A DNA stretch of 64,000 bases from Candidatus Poribacteria bacterium (GCA_965205015.1 OZ242029.1:3008001-3072000); one strand, 5' to 3'; counted from the stretch's first letter, positions 27,974-37,039 are shown. Numbers and translations: made by a program. The notes: generated from the letters alone by a model not told the origin.

Positions 27974-28873
27974 TTACCATGTGATACGGAACCCGATTAC
28001 AAACTCTGCGTATCCATTGCTAAAAAAATCGTAACTGGTGCAAGTGCTATAGTCGTGGTTGTAATACCACGCGCCTCCACATGCCACGCGGAAGTTCCCT
28101 TCATCGTCATACGATGTGTCCGTCCATTCCCATACGTTGCCGACCATATCGTAGCATCCGAATGGACTCACGCCGTCTCTGAAACTAACGACCGGGGTTG
28201 TCGTTCCTGCACCGAGTTCTGCGGTGTTGCACCGCGGTCTGTCAACTTCGTAGCCCCACGGGAAAAGCCTATCGTCCGCACCGCGGGCGGCGTATTGCCA
28301 CTCTGGGAATGTTGGTAGCCTGCCGCCGACGTAACGGGCATAAGCCTCTGCATCCTCACATGTAATCCAGACGACAGGATGGTCACCCCTGTTTTCTGGA
28401 TAGACCCCCTCTGTCCAATCGGGTGGTGGCGTGTGTCCTGTATCCTGAAGAAACCGCTGATACTGGGCGTTGGTTACAGGATAAACCCCAATCTCAAACC
28501 CATCGACTTCCAACGGTGCACATTCTTCGCCGATCTGAGCAACGCCTGTAGGAATATGAACAGTCGCATCTAATACCTGTAGCGCGGCATCACGAATATC
28601 TTTATCCTCGTGTGCGAGTGCATAACCGAGTGGGGATATGACCTCGCCAACCGGCGGTGTTGTGAGTTGCGGTGGCGTCTCCCAACCGAGTTCTGTGCTT
28701 AGCAGCAACCGAGCGGCATCTGACAGCGATTCGTCGAAATGCCACGTCCAATACTCTCGACAGAGTTTTTGAAGGGCATCTGGCGTATCGCTTTTCGTCA
28801 GCGCGATTCGAGATGCACTCGGCTTTTCTATATTTAGGATGTTTTTTATCGTAGTGCTGTTCGTGTGCTCCAT
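27974..28873 (-). CDS. FGE-sulfatase (SUMF1/EgtB/PvdO) domain protein
   Basis: YPVTNAQY, HPVVWIT..DA, RLPT.PEWQYAARG, FPWG, YDMVGNVWEW, GFR; start moved to MEHTN (28873) from promoter position. Confidence 0.88.
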   Translation of the reverse strand: MEHTNSTTIKNILNIEKPSASRIALTKSDTPDALQKLCREYWTWHFDESLSDAARLLLSTELGWETPPQLTTPPVGEVISPLGYALAHEDKDIRDAALQVLDATVHIPTGVAQIGEECAPLEVDGFEIGVYPVTNAQYQRFLQDTGHTPPPDWTEGVYPENRGDHPVVWITCEDAEAYARYVGGRLPTFPEWQYAARGADDRLFPWGYEVDRPRCNTAELGAGTTTPVVSFRDGVSPFGCYDMVGNVWEWTDTSYDDEGNFRVACGGAWYYNHDYSTCTSYDFFSNGYAEFVIGFRITW

Positions 28874-28880
28874 AGGTATC

Positions 28881-28910
28881 ATGATACCATAAAGAGGCAT
28901 CTTTAGGCAA
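28881..28910 (-). promoter_or_regulatory. Sigma70 promoter placed for a leaderless transcript
   Basis: TTGCCT-18 bp-(TGn)TATCAT-7 nt-ATG. Confidence 0.55.
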
Positions 28911-28945
28911 ACGATTTTGAATTGTGTCTATTTTTCCGAAAGCGT

Positions 28946-28984
28946 TTGGTTCAGGGACAAAATTTCTTGGTTCAGGGACAAAAT
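28946..28984. repeat. 18-bp tandem direct repeat, 21-bp period (operator-like)
   Basis: TTGGTTCAGGGACAAAAT at 28946 and 28967. Confidence 0.75.
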
Positions 28985-29156
28985 GTGTTTCTCAACGGTT
29001 GCGATGCGTCTAAACAACCACACAAATCCGGTGCCATTAAAAATCAACACACCTATATCTATAATTGTTACACCAAACCAACTAAAGTCCATCTATTTCG
29101 CCTTCCGGTTTTTGTGTTTTTTGGCAGAGACATCACGAGAAGATCGCTCTTATCAA

Positions 29157-29936
29157 CTATTGTGGAATCGTTCCTAATCCGGGTATGATAGTGCGCTTAC
29201 CTCTCAGAACGATACCCGTGAGACGTTTCTCATAAAACGATAATTCATCTATTGGGAAACGTTTTTCACTTTCATAAAGCGCATCAAAGAACGCTCTATC
29301 GACATGTGCGTAGGCTCCATCCCAATATATAATCGGCCCTGACTCTGATGGTTGATTAGGTAAATCCTTAAACAATCCCCTACCGGAATAGCGACGATCT
29401 CTCTGAATTAGTTTTTGGGTGGAAGGATCCAGGTTGGAAAATATCACAGTCTCGGTCTCTTTCCATACCATTTCTTCAAGCCCATCAAGATAGTTGTGAT
29501 GGATGTCTGGGACTCCGTATTTGTCAACCGCTTCCTTGATGAGATTATCGGCATTCGGAATCGGTGTGATAGAAAGATAACCTGCTGTCCGCAACCTATT
29601 ATCCTTGAACGTATAAACAAGCTCACAATAGACACCATTAAGTTTACATTTATAGACCAAAACGTTCTCAGCTCTCTTATACACGGTATTCCCCGCTTCA
29701 GCCAGTTCAACGCGTTCTTGACTGAATCCCCATTTCACTTTGCGAAAATGATAACCGCTATCACCCTCAGAGAAGATATTGGAAAGTCTATCGGAAAATG
29801 AAGGTGTCTCAGCGTCACCATCCTCCAGTGGGACGTTTTCGTCCCATGTGGGGTGGTTGGACGGTGAACGTTGTGTCTGTGCACAGCCCGCCAGCAACAC
29901 TGTCAGCGCGAAAATTGTAATTAGCGTGCCTTTCAT
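29157..29936 (-). CDS. Putative lipoprotein of unknown function
   Basis: MKGTLITIFALTVLLAGC lipobox, FRKVKWGFSQERV..AE motif; RBS AAGGAG. Confidence 0.7.
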   Translation of the reverse strand: MKGTLITIFALTVLLAGCAQTQRSPSNHPTWDENVPLEDGDAETPSFSDRLSNIFSEGDSGYHFRKVKWGFSQERVELAEAGNTVYKRAENVLVYKCKLNGVYCELVYTFKDNRLRTAGYLSITPIPNADNLIKEAVDKYGVPDIHHNYLDGLEEMVWKETETVIFSNLDPSTQKLIQRDRRYSGRGLFKDLPNQPSESGPIIYWDGAYAHVDRAFFDALYESEKRFPIDELSFYEKRLTGIVLRGKRTIIPGLGTIPQ

Positions 29937-30072
29937 TGGATTCTCCTTTATCAAGATCTCAAACTGAGATATGTAAGAGGGTTTCCAGTGAAATAACGAT
30001 GGAATGGAGGTCCCTCATAACACTCTTGCCCATATACAATCAATCGTTGAATCAATAGATGGGTCTCAGAGA

Positions 30073-30420
30073 TCAACGCTCTTTCGGGATTTCTAAAAGT
30101 AGTTCAATTTTTTGCCAAACCTCTTTTAAGGTCGCGACAGGTATCTGACAAATAAAAGTTGTTTTTCGTTCTCTCCAAGCCACGCAACGGATTTGGTCTG
30201 CCAAAATAACGCCGGTTACCGCCAAACCCGCCGGGATGGAAACCTCAAAAGGATAACCTTTCGCTTGAGTTGTAATGGGACAGATGACTGCCAAACGGGT
30301 TTTTCTATTATAATCGCTTCTTGATAGCACTACGGCAGGGCGATGTCCGGCTTGCTCTGGTCCTTTCTGTGGCTCCAGGTCAATCCACACTACATCTCCG
30401 CGCCATGGAACGTACGCCAT
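30073..30420 (-). CDS. mazF: MazF/PemK endoribonuclease toxin
   Basis: YVP.RGDVVWIDLEPQKG.EQAGHRPAVVLS..YN, CPITT..KGYPFEV, GVILADQI. Confidence 0.92.
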   Translation of the reverse strand: MAYVPWRGDVVWIDLEPQKGPEQAGHRPAVVLSRSDYNRKTRLAVICPITTQAKGYPFEVSIPAGLAVTGVILADQIRCVAWRERKTTFICQIPVATLKEVWQKIELLLEIPKER

Positions 30421-30428
30421 TACTCTCC

Positions 30429-30899
30429 CTACGTCTCATTTTCCGTTGAAGGTTCTACGTTACCCTCATCGGGCAGATTGTCCTCTGTCACCTGTGCTAA
30501 TAGATCGTCAAGTGTGTGTGTGGATTTTTCGAATTTTGCTGGCGAATATGCTTCTTCGGGAATACGACGAGTCGGGGACGGATCTGTGTGACAATTTTGA
30601 TTGATAGGTGTCGCCTCCACATCCTTACACTGCGCAGCATCTTCCCGCGGATCAAGATCGTTGTAGACATCCATTTCTGGATCGTCCCAGCCAGCACGGC
30701 GCCCGCATTCAATAAGCAAAGCAGTTTGTTCCTCCTCTGTTATTGGACTGTCATCGTAGTATATCCCGTTTTGCAGCTGTTCAAACATCTCAGCGGGTAA
30801 CACAACGTATTCTGCGTTTGTCTCTGGGTTGATCAGGCGGACAAGATTATCTTTGGATTCCTGAATCGCCTGTTGAAGTTCTTTAGAAATTGTGATCAT
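30429..30899 (-). CDS. Putative antitoxin; chimera of a GWDDPEMD-type domain and a MazE-like C-terminal remnant
   Basis: N-terminal part paralogous to 31619..31900; C-terminal TLDDLLAQVTEDNL resembles the MazE tail. Confidence 0.6.
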   Translation of the reverse strand: MITISKELQQAIQESKDNLVRLINPETNAEYVVLPAEMFEQLQNGIYYDDSPITEEEQTALLIECGRRAGWDDPEMDVYNDLDPREDAAQCKDVEATPINQNCHTDPSPTRRIPEEAYSPAKFEKSTHTLDDLLAQVTEDNLPDEGNVEPSTENET

Positions 30900-31641
30900 T
30901 CTGTTCTCTCCACCCTAAAATTTCAGGGATTTCGGTCAATGTAGTCACTTCGTAGTCAGGTCGGATTTCTGTGTTGTTCGGTGCGCCTTCACGGTTGAGC
31001 CAGACGGAATACGCGCCAGCGTTCCGCGCCCCCGCGACATCGTTTTCGAGTGAGTCTCCGACATGGAGCATCTGTGTGAGTTCACAACCCGCGCGCTCGG
31101 CAGTTATTTCAAAAATTCTTCGATCCGGTTTCTCAACCTGTACATCTTGGGAAAATACAACAAAGGCGAAATATCCCTCAAGTCCACAGCGTTCTGGGTA
31201 GGTATTTCCATTTGAGAGGAGTCCGAGTTTGAAATGTGGCGCCAAAACATCAAAAGTCGGGATGACATCTGGGTATAACTCTATATCTTCAAATCGGTGC
31301 TTCCGATATATTGCATTTAAATGCGCCGCGAGTGCTTTATCTGGGCACCCGACATATTCAAGTGTTCTCTCAAATGCGCGTAGTCTGATTTCTTCAAGAT
31401 TCCAAACTTTGCCCTTTACTTCTTCAGCAAATTGCTCACGAATAGCAATCATTTCGTTAATTGTTAATTTTAGGGTGCGCGGTGTCGGACGCTGTTTTTG
31501 TAGTTCTGTCAATGTATGTTTGAGCGAGTGATGCATGACCTTCCGAAAATCCCACAAAGTCATGTCGCCATCAAAAGAGATAGTTGAAATTTTCAAAGGA
31601 AAATCCACCAGAACTATGTCACCGCGTTGAACTCTCATCAT
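30883..31641 (-). CDS. HAD-family hydrolase with a PemK-like N-terminal 15 aa (alternative TTG start at 31596)
   Basis: FDGDMTL, LSNG, KPD, HVGDS.ENDV.GA; N-terminus MMRVQRGDIVLVDFP. Confidence 0.85.
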   Translation of the reverse strand: MMRVQRGDIVLVDFPLKISTISFDGDMTLWDFRKVMHHSLKHTLTELQKQRPTPRTLKLTINEMIAIREQFAEEVKGKVWNLEEIRLRAFERTLEYVGCPDKALAAHLNAIYRKHRFEDIELYPDVIPTFDVLAPHFKLGLLSNGNTYPERCGLEGYFAFVVFSQDVQVEKPDRRIFEITAERAGCELTQMLHVGDSLENDVAGARNAGAYSVWLNREGAPNNTEIRPDYEVTTLTEIPEILGWREQNDHNF

Positions 31642-31900
31642 CCCTCCATGGAACCATGTCGTTGTAAACGTCCATCTCTGGGTCATCCCAACCAATACTG
31701 AGTCCCATTTCAACGAGTAAGGCTGTGCGTTCCTCCTCTGTTATTGGACCGTCATCGTAGTATACCCCCTTTCGCATTTGCTCAAATGTCTCAGCGGGTA
31801 ACACAACATATTCTACATTCGTTTCTGGATCGATCAGACGTATCAGATTGTCCTCAGATTTCTGAACTGCCTCTTGAATTTCCTTAGAGAGTGCTATCAC
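31619..31900 (-). CDS. Putative antitoxin (GWDDPEMDVY type)
   Basis: GTG start with GGAGG RBS; LIDPETNVEYVVLPAE.FE...GWDDPEMDVYND; overlaps a PemK-like start. Confidence 0.65.
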   Translation of the reverse strand: MIALSKEIQEAVQKSEDNLIRLIDPETNVEYVVLPAETFEQMRKGVYYDDGPITEEERTALLVEMGLSIGWDDPEMDVYNDMVPWRDDESSTR

Positions 31901-31913
31901 GATGGGTCCTCCG

Positions 31914-32297
31914 TTATTGATGCCCGATCGAGGCGTGGATCTGTGCAAACTTCCACAATTCGCCAGTCTTTTCCAAGACACCCGTCATCCGCATGACGAA
32001 TTCCTCTGGCGTGCCTTGCCATTTGAGTCGCCAAACTTGACGTGTATAGAACCAGGCGACATCGTCCCGTTCCTGCACGTCAAGGTTAATAAATTCAATG
32101 CTGAAATCCTCCGTGCTCGCGGCGTGGTTTCGGTAATACGCCGCGATTTCTGCGCTTCCCTCAACGACTTCGTCAGCATCGGTACCGATCTTGACGTAGT
32201 GTGAGGCAGGAAGCATCAGGGCAATGAGGGTTTCAGCATCACCAACAACAAGCGCGTCAAAATACGCCGTCACTGTCTCATACGCATTCCGCATCAT
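31914..32297 (-). CDS. SnoaL/NTF2-like protein
   Basis: IGTDADE...G, DVAW, RMTGVLEK....WKFAQIHAS. Confidence 0.85.
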   Translation of the reverse strand: MMRNAYETVTAYFDALVVGDAETLIALMLPASHYVKIGTDADEVVEGSAEIAAYYRNHAASTEDFSIEFINLDVQERDDVAWFYTRQVWRLKWQGTPEEFVMRMTGVLEKTGELWKFAQIHASIGHQ

Positions 32298-32868
32298 GGA
32301 TTCCCGTGAGAGCGTCCCACAAGGCGGCACTCATCTGTTCACACGCTTGCACGACAGTGGCGTGCGAATCTGATGGCAAGGCGCCGATATGCGCAAGCAG
32401 TTTTTCCGCTTCATGCTCGTTGTGTGAATGTGTTACAAAATAGGGCTTCACCGATTCTGGGAGTTGATAGAACGCCTTCAAACCTGCGAGTTTCGATTGG
32501 GCGGTCGCCGGTTGCTGTACTTCAAACGCATAGAGTGCCCCGAGAGCAGTCGTGGGTTCCGAGAAAAGTTCGTGTGCCGTCTCCATCAATGCCTTCACCT
32601 GCGGAATTTGCGCTTCAGTAACGGCGGTGTCAAGTCCAGCAGCGAAGTCTGCCCACAAGTCGATGTGTTCGATCTCCTCCGCTGCGATTTCGGTGTCGCC
32701 GAGTGCTTCCCATCCTATCGGCACTGTAGAGATAAAAGTACCATACTCACGTGCATAGGAGCGTAGGGCTTCGACGGGTAATTCGCCCGCACTCCACGCT
32801 TGGTAAAATGGGTGATTGAGTAAGTTGTAATCTGCGATTTTGCTGTCTAAGGCTTGTTTGAAATCCAT
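32278..32868 (-). CDS. CADD/PqqC/TenA-like heme-oxygenase-fold redox protein
   Basis: LLNHPFYQAWSAGEL, EE..H..LW..FA, ALYAFE.QQP, K..GL..FY, YF..H. Confidence 0.85.
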   Translation of the reverse strand: MDFKQALDSKIADYNLLNHPFYQAWSAGELPVEALRSYAREYGTFISTVPIGWEALGDTEIAAEEIEHIDLWADFAAGLDTAVTEAQIPQVKALMETAHELFSEPTTALGALYAFEVQQPATAQSKLAGLKAFYQLPESVKPYFVTHSHNEHEAEKLLAHIGALPSDSHATVVQACEQMSAALWDALTGIHDAECV

Positions 32869-32984
32869 TAAATTGTTTACTCCGTTTTATGTATGTCAAT
32901 AATGTTCAACAATCCGTTGATGCTTTCCACAGTAATTCTCGGTTTGCAGGTTACGCCGAGACGTACTGTTCGTGGCATGTTTTT

Positions 32985-33014
32985 AGTATAGCATACACCG
33001 TGTATCGGTGTCAA
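32985..33014 (-). promoter_or_regulatory. Sigma70 promoter of the CADD-like operon with a palindrome in the spacer
   Basis: TTGACA-18 bp-(TGn)TATACT; ACACCG-N5-CGGTGT overlaps the spacer and -35. Confidence 0.7.
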
Positions 33015-33022
33015 ACAAAGGT

Positions 33023-33185
33023 GCGTTACTTTTTTAGGTGATTTCGTTTTCGATTTCACGTTTAGTTTTCGTTCACTTCTGTGAAGAAAAAATATATAAA
33101 ACGTAAGCGTTACACCTGTTACGGCACACGGCGTGTGCCTACCACTTTTAAAACTAAATAGCCCTGGCGTTACTTTTTTAGGTGA
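33023..33185. repeat. Exact 19-bp direct repeat in a divergent intergenic region
   Basis: GCGTTACTTTTTTAGGTGA at 33023-33041 and 33167-33185. Confidence 0.8.
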
Positions 33186-33369
33186 ATTGTATTTTTCAGG
33201 ATACGGCATCTACCCAGAGGTCTCCCGTGATGAGACTCAAAAAACGAGAATAGATGTTTCTACTTGACGATAGCAGTGTAACCCGATTTAAAAATCGTTT
33301 TGAATTAAACCTAAAATTTGCTATAATACTTCGGAAGACCCGAAGCGTTATTCATGAGAGGGAATTGTT

Positions 33370-34113
33370 ATGACGGAAGAACAGAAATTTATTTTTGATC
33401 TCAAGGGGTACCTGTTAATTCCTGAAGTTTTAAAGCCTTCGGAAATTGCGGCATTGAAAGTACAAATTGAGACGATTCGAACAAATCCTGAGTCTTTGCC
33501 GCCGCACGAACGGCGGTTTCCAGGGGGGACCGCGTCATTTTTAATTGATCATCCAGTGGTGATGGATATTCTCCATGAAATTTTAGGAGAAGTTCGGATG
33601 GAATCCAGTTGGTTCACCTACCGCACTGTTGGAGATGGAGGCCCCCCGCCACATGGTGGTGTGCGAAACGTGAATCCCAACTTCAACTACCAGTGTCGAG
33701 ACGGGAAAATCTACTCCGCACTGACGCGGGTTGTCTTTGAACTGAACGAAGTCAAAGCGGGTGAGGGGGGTACATTATTTTTGCCGGGAAGCCACAAAGC
33801 GAACTTCCAAATTCCTGAAGGGCATCGGCAGACGGATTCACCGCTCTTTGAAACCTACAGTTGTCCCCCGGGTTCCGTCATTATCTTCACGGAAAACCTT
33901 TGTCATTCTGGGGTTGCTTGGCAAAATCCAGATCGACCGCGGATCGCTATCTTCAATTGTTATAACTTCGTTGGGTGTCAATTTCACAAACCCTCGGTGC
34001 CGAAGCATGTGATTGAAGGGTTGCCTCCAGAAAAACAGGCATATTTTCGTAACGTTTGGGTGTGGCATCAAGGTGGTTCCGACAATGGAAAAAACCTACG
34101 TTACGAGGGTTAA
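33370..34113 (+). CDS. Phytanoyl-CoA dioxygenase (PhyH)-like protein
   Basis: FIFDLKGYL, LIDHP, PHGG, FLPGSHKANF, PPGSVIIFTENLCHSG..W. Confidence 0.85.
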   Translation: MTEEQKFIFDLKGYLLIPEVLKPSEIAALKVQIETIRTNPESLPPHERRFPGGTASFLIDHPVVMDILHEILGEVRMESSWFTYRTVGDGGPPPHGGVRNVNPNFNYQCRDGKIYSALTRVVFELNEVKAGEGGTLFLPGSHKANFQIPEGHRQTDSPLFETYSCPPGSVIIFTENLCHSGVAWQNPDRPRIAIFNCYNFVGCQFHKPSVPKHVIEGLPPEKQAYFRNVWVWHQGGSDNGKNLRYEG

Positions 34114-34193
34114 TGCGTGTTGCGCGCAGGAGCGTTTCTATAATATAGAAGGGCGGATCCAGGAAGGCTGGCGTTCCAATCCGGACATCATGC

Positions 34194-34523
34194 ATGGCTC
34201 CAGAAACAAACATACCCTCCGCATCACTGATCTGCATAGCGCGGGCTGACGCATCCCGTAGCGTCTCAAAGTGGCGTTGGATCGTGTTTGGTGCTGTTCT
34301 CAGTATTCTGCCTATGATCAATATTGTGGTTCTCGGTATCAGTGCCGCTGTTATGGGTATTTTAACACCTAAAATAGACTTGTCCACGCCGAAACGGCTC
34401 ACGTTCTATTTCCAAAATCCAGCGTGCTACACGGTGGAATACCAGCGGACAGCAAAAAGATTGCGATGCCTTCGAACTTTGTACGGATGGCTTGCTGGCT
34501 TCATTATTTTCAAGCTTTTTTGA
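34194..34523 (+). CDS. Small membrane protein of unknown function
   Basis: 109-aa ORF with hydrophobic segments; ARADASR..SKWRW motif. Confidence 0.5.
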   Translation: MAPETNIPSASLICIARADASRSVSKWRWIVFGAVLSILPMINIVVLGISAAVMGILTPKIDLSTPKRLTFYFQNPACYTVEYQRTAKRLRCLRTLYGWLAGFIIFKLF

Positions 34524-34542
34524 GGAAGAAGGGAACAAGCAA

Positions 34543-34869
34543 ATGTCAGATAAACCAACGCCTTACAAAGGATTGGAAGATCAACTGATCTTGCGAGACC
34601 ATCTTGCTGCAGATCGGACGATCCTCGCCAACGAGCGAACCTTCCTTGCCTATATTCGCACGGCATTAACGTTGTTCGTCGCGGGTTTATCTTTTGTCCA
34701 TCTCAAAATTTTTGAATCACACGTTTTTGAGGTGATCGGTATCGTCTTTATTTTACTCGGCATTGCGACCTTCTTCGTTGGGCTTTTCAGATACAAACGG
34801 ATGCAAGCCTTGATTCGTAAGATTAAGCAAGAAGAATTAGAGGAATTAGGAGAAAAAGATTCACAATGA
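34543..34869 (+). CDS. DUF202 (YidH-like) membrane protein
   Basis: RDHLA.DRT.LANERTFLAYIRTAL; start MSDKP. Confidence 0.9.
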   Translation: MSDKPTPYKGLEDQLILRDHLAADRTILANERTFLAYIRTALTLFVAGLSFVHLKIFESHVFEVIGIVFILLGIATFFVGLFRYKRMQALIRKIKQEELEELGEKDSQ

Positions 34870-35888
34870 AAATAAGAGAGGTTGTTGTAACAGGTCAGAA
34901 CCAAGTGGCGCTGCAGACTGCCGATATAGACGCATCGGTGCTCGCTGCCAACGAATTGCTGATAGACACAGAATACACCTTTATCAGTAGTGGCACAGAA
35001 CTCGCGAATTATACCGGCAGAGAGCCGAAAGTTTTCCAGAAAGGGGAATGGTGTGAGTATCCGTGGCGTTCTGGTTACGCGAATGTCGGCATTGTGCGTG
35101 AAGTGGGTGCTGGCGTTACCCGCGCAGCCCCTGGTGATCGGGTTTTCACTTATGGACGACACGCGTCTACGATTCGCTACTCACAAGATCGATTGGTTGC
35201 CCCTATTAAAGAAACGGTGGATCCGGCTGTCGTTGCGGCATCACGAATGGCAGGCGTTGCGATGACAGCGATTATTGTGGGAGAAATTGGAACCCATCCA
35301 TGGGTCGTCGTTTTCGGCTTAGGGCTTGTCGGAAACTTGGCATCCCAGATGTTCCAGATTCACGGCTGCCGTGTTATCGGGGTCGACCCGGTAGCGGAGA
35401 GACGGGAACTCGCCCAGCGGTGTGGGATTGGTCATACCGTCGGCGGCGATGCGGACGAGGCACAAGCGCAGGTTGAGGAGATAACGGGGGGTGAACTTGG
35501 GAATATTACGGTCGATGCTGTAGGGCATAGTGGTGTCGTTATGCAAGCACTTCGCGCCACCGCCAGCCACGGACAACTCATCATCCTCGGTTCCCCGCGT
35601 GTTGAAGTCCAAGGGAACCTGACGGATCTGCTCTCCGAAACACATCTGCGATGGATTACCATCCGTGGGGCATTGGAGTGGTGCGTGCCGATGTATCCGG
35701 ACATCGGGAATAGAACCTCTCAATGGAGCAAACAGCAAACTATCTTTGACTGGATGGCACGCGGGGAATTGCACGTTGACCCCTTAATCTCTCATCGTCT
35801 CAAACCGGAACAGATTAAGCAGGCTTACGATGGTCTCCTCAACGAACCGAATGTGTATACAGGTGTTGTTTTAGATTGGAATTTTTAA
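34866..35888 (+). CDS. MDR-superfamily (zinc-binding alcohol dehydrogenase-like) oxidoreductase
   Basis: ISSGTEL, GY.NVG.V.EVG, GLGLVG Rossmann motif, ISHR. Confidence 0.88.
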   Translation: MKIREVVVTGQNQVALQTADIDASVLAANELLIDTEYTFISSGTELANYTGREPKVFQKGEWCEYPWRSGYANVGIVREVGAGVTRAAPGDRVFTYGRHASTIRYSQDRLVAPIKETVDPAVVAASRMAGVAMTAIIVGEIGTHPWVVVFGLGLVGNLASQMFQIHGCRVIGVDPVAERRELAQRCGIGHTVGGDADEAQAQVEEITGGELGNITVDAVGHSGVVMQALRATASHGQLIILGSPRVEVQGNLTDLLSETHLRWITIRGALEWCVPMYPDIGNRTSQWSKQQTIFDWMARGELHVDPLISHRLKPEQIKQAYDGLLNEPNVYTGVVLDWNF

Positions 35889-35979
35889 TTATACCTTGCG
35901 GATCAATGGCGTGGTTTGGGGCTTTCGTGTTTTTTGTGTTCGAGTCGTCCTCCACTTCGTTACGGGCTTGGTGTTTGGT
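35881..35979 (-). repeat. Element L copy, antisense; overlaps the stop of 34866..35888
   Basis: AAGCCCGTAACGAAGTGGAGGACGACTCGAACAC...GATCCGCAAGGTATAATTAAAAAT. Confidence 0.85.
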
Positions 35980-36076
35980 GTTATCCTATACAAGATTCTC
36001 AAATAGCGTTGCGACTTAATCAGCAATCTGCGCGTCATGGAATGGAGCGCAGGATAGAAACTTAATAATTAGAAAA

Positions 36077-36970
36077 ATGGAAAAAACAGAAATATTCCGG
36101 AACTGCATCCAATCTGAGTTGCCTCCGGGACTCAAAATACGGTTCGATAAAAAGCAAGTGATGGCTCTCACTTTCTCACCAGATGGCACCCGACTCGCTG
36201 CAGGTGGCGATGGGCGTATCTGGATATATGACACAGCCACCGGGGCACAATTCGCGATGCTCTCAGGTTATACGGAACACATGCGGGCATTGGCATTTGC
36301 GCCGGATAATTCTCTGCTTGCCAGTGGAAGTGAGGACAATACGCTTCGACTCTGGGACACCGCCACGGCGCGCGAAGTCCTAACGCTCGCTGGCGATTCT
36401 CATCTGGTGAACGCGTTAGCATCATCTTCACCCGATGGGGTCCCACTTCCGGGCTGGGATCCACGGACGGAGCGGTTGCTTGCCGCTTCTACTGAAGCCC
36501 CTGGTAGAATTAGAAGTCTCGCCTTTTCGCCGGATGGAACAACCCTCGCGAGTGGAAGCGCGGACGGCAAAATTCGCGTGTGGGAAGTCGAAACGGGCGG
36601 CCTGCTCTCCACTTTTTCAGCACACGACGGACTCGTCTTGGCTTTGGCATTTTCACCTGAAAATGAAACACTGGCGAGTGGCGGTTCCGATACGCTTGTG
36701 AGGCTATGGAATTTGGAAAGCAAGCACTTGCTCTCTATTTTAAGGGGGCATACCGACTCAGTCAGTGCGTTGGCGTTTTCTGCCGATGGTGAATTGCTTG
36801 TCAGCGGCGGAAGGGATAACTATATTCAGTTGTGGGAAACGGGAGATGATAACCCTATATCCATGTTTCCTGTCCAAGAAGGTATCATTCGTGAATTGAC
36901 TTTTTCAGTAGATGGTGAAAAACTTATATACGCCACACAGGACGGTTCGCTCTTCATAAGAGGGCGATGA
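36077..36970 (+). CDS. WD40 repeat protein
   Basis: Repeated ..LAFSPDG..LASGS.D.T.RLW. Confidence 0.93.
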   Translation: MEKTEIFRNCIQSELPPGLKIRFDKKQVMALTFSPDGTRLAAGGDGRIWIYDTATGAQFAMLSGYTEHMRALAFAPDNSLLASGSEDNTLRLWDTATAREVLTLAGDSHLVNALASSSPDGVPLPGWDPRTERLLAASTEAPGRIRSLAFSPDGTTLASGSADGKIRVWEVETGGLLSTFSAHDGLVLALAFSPENETLASGGSDTLVRLWNLESKHLLSILRGHTDSVSALAFSADGELLVSGGRDNYIQLWETGDDNPISMFPVQEGIIRELTFSVDGEKLIYATQDGSLFIRGR

Positions 36971-37039
36971 TCAGGAAAGAAAAAGTTGGGCACAAACGAA
37001 CCTGATTGGAAAGTGTAAAAGACAGAAGGAGTTGAAGCA

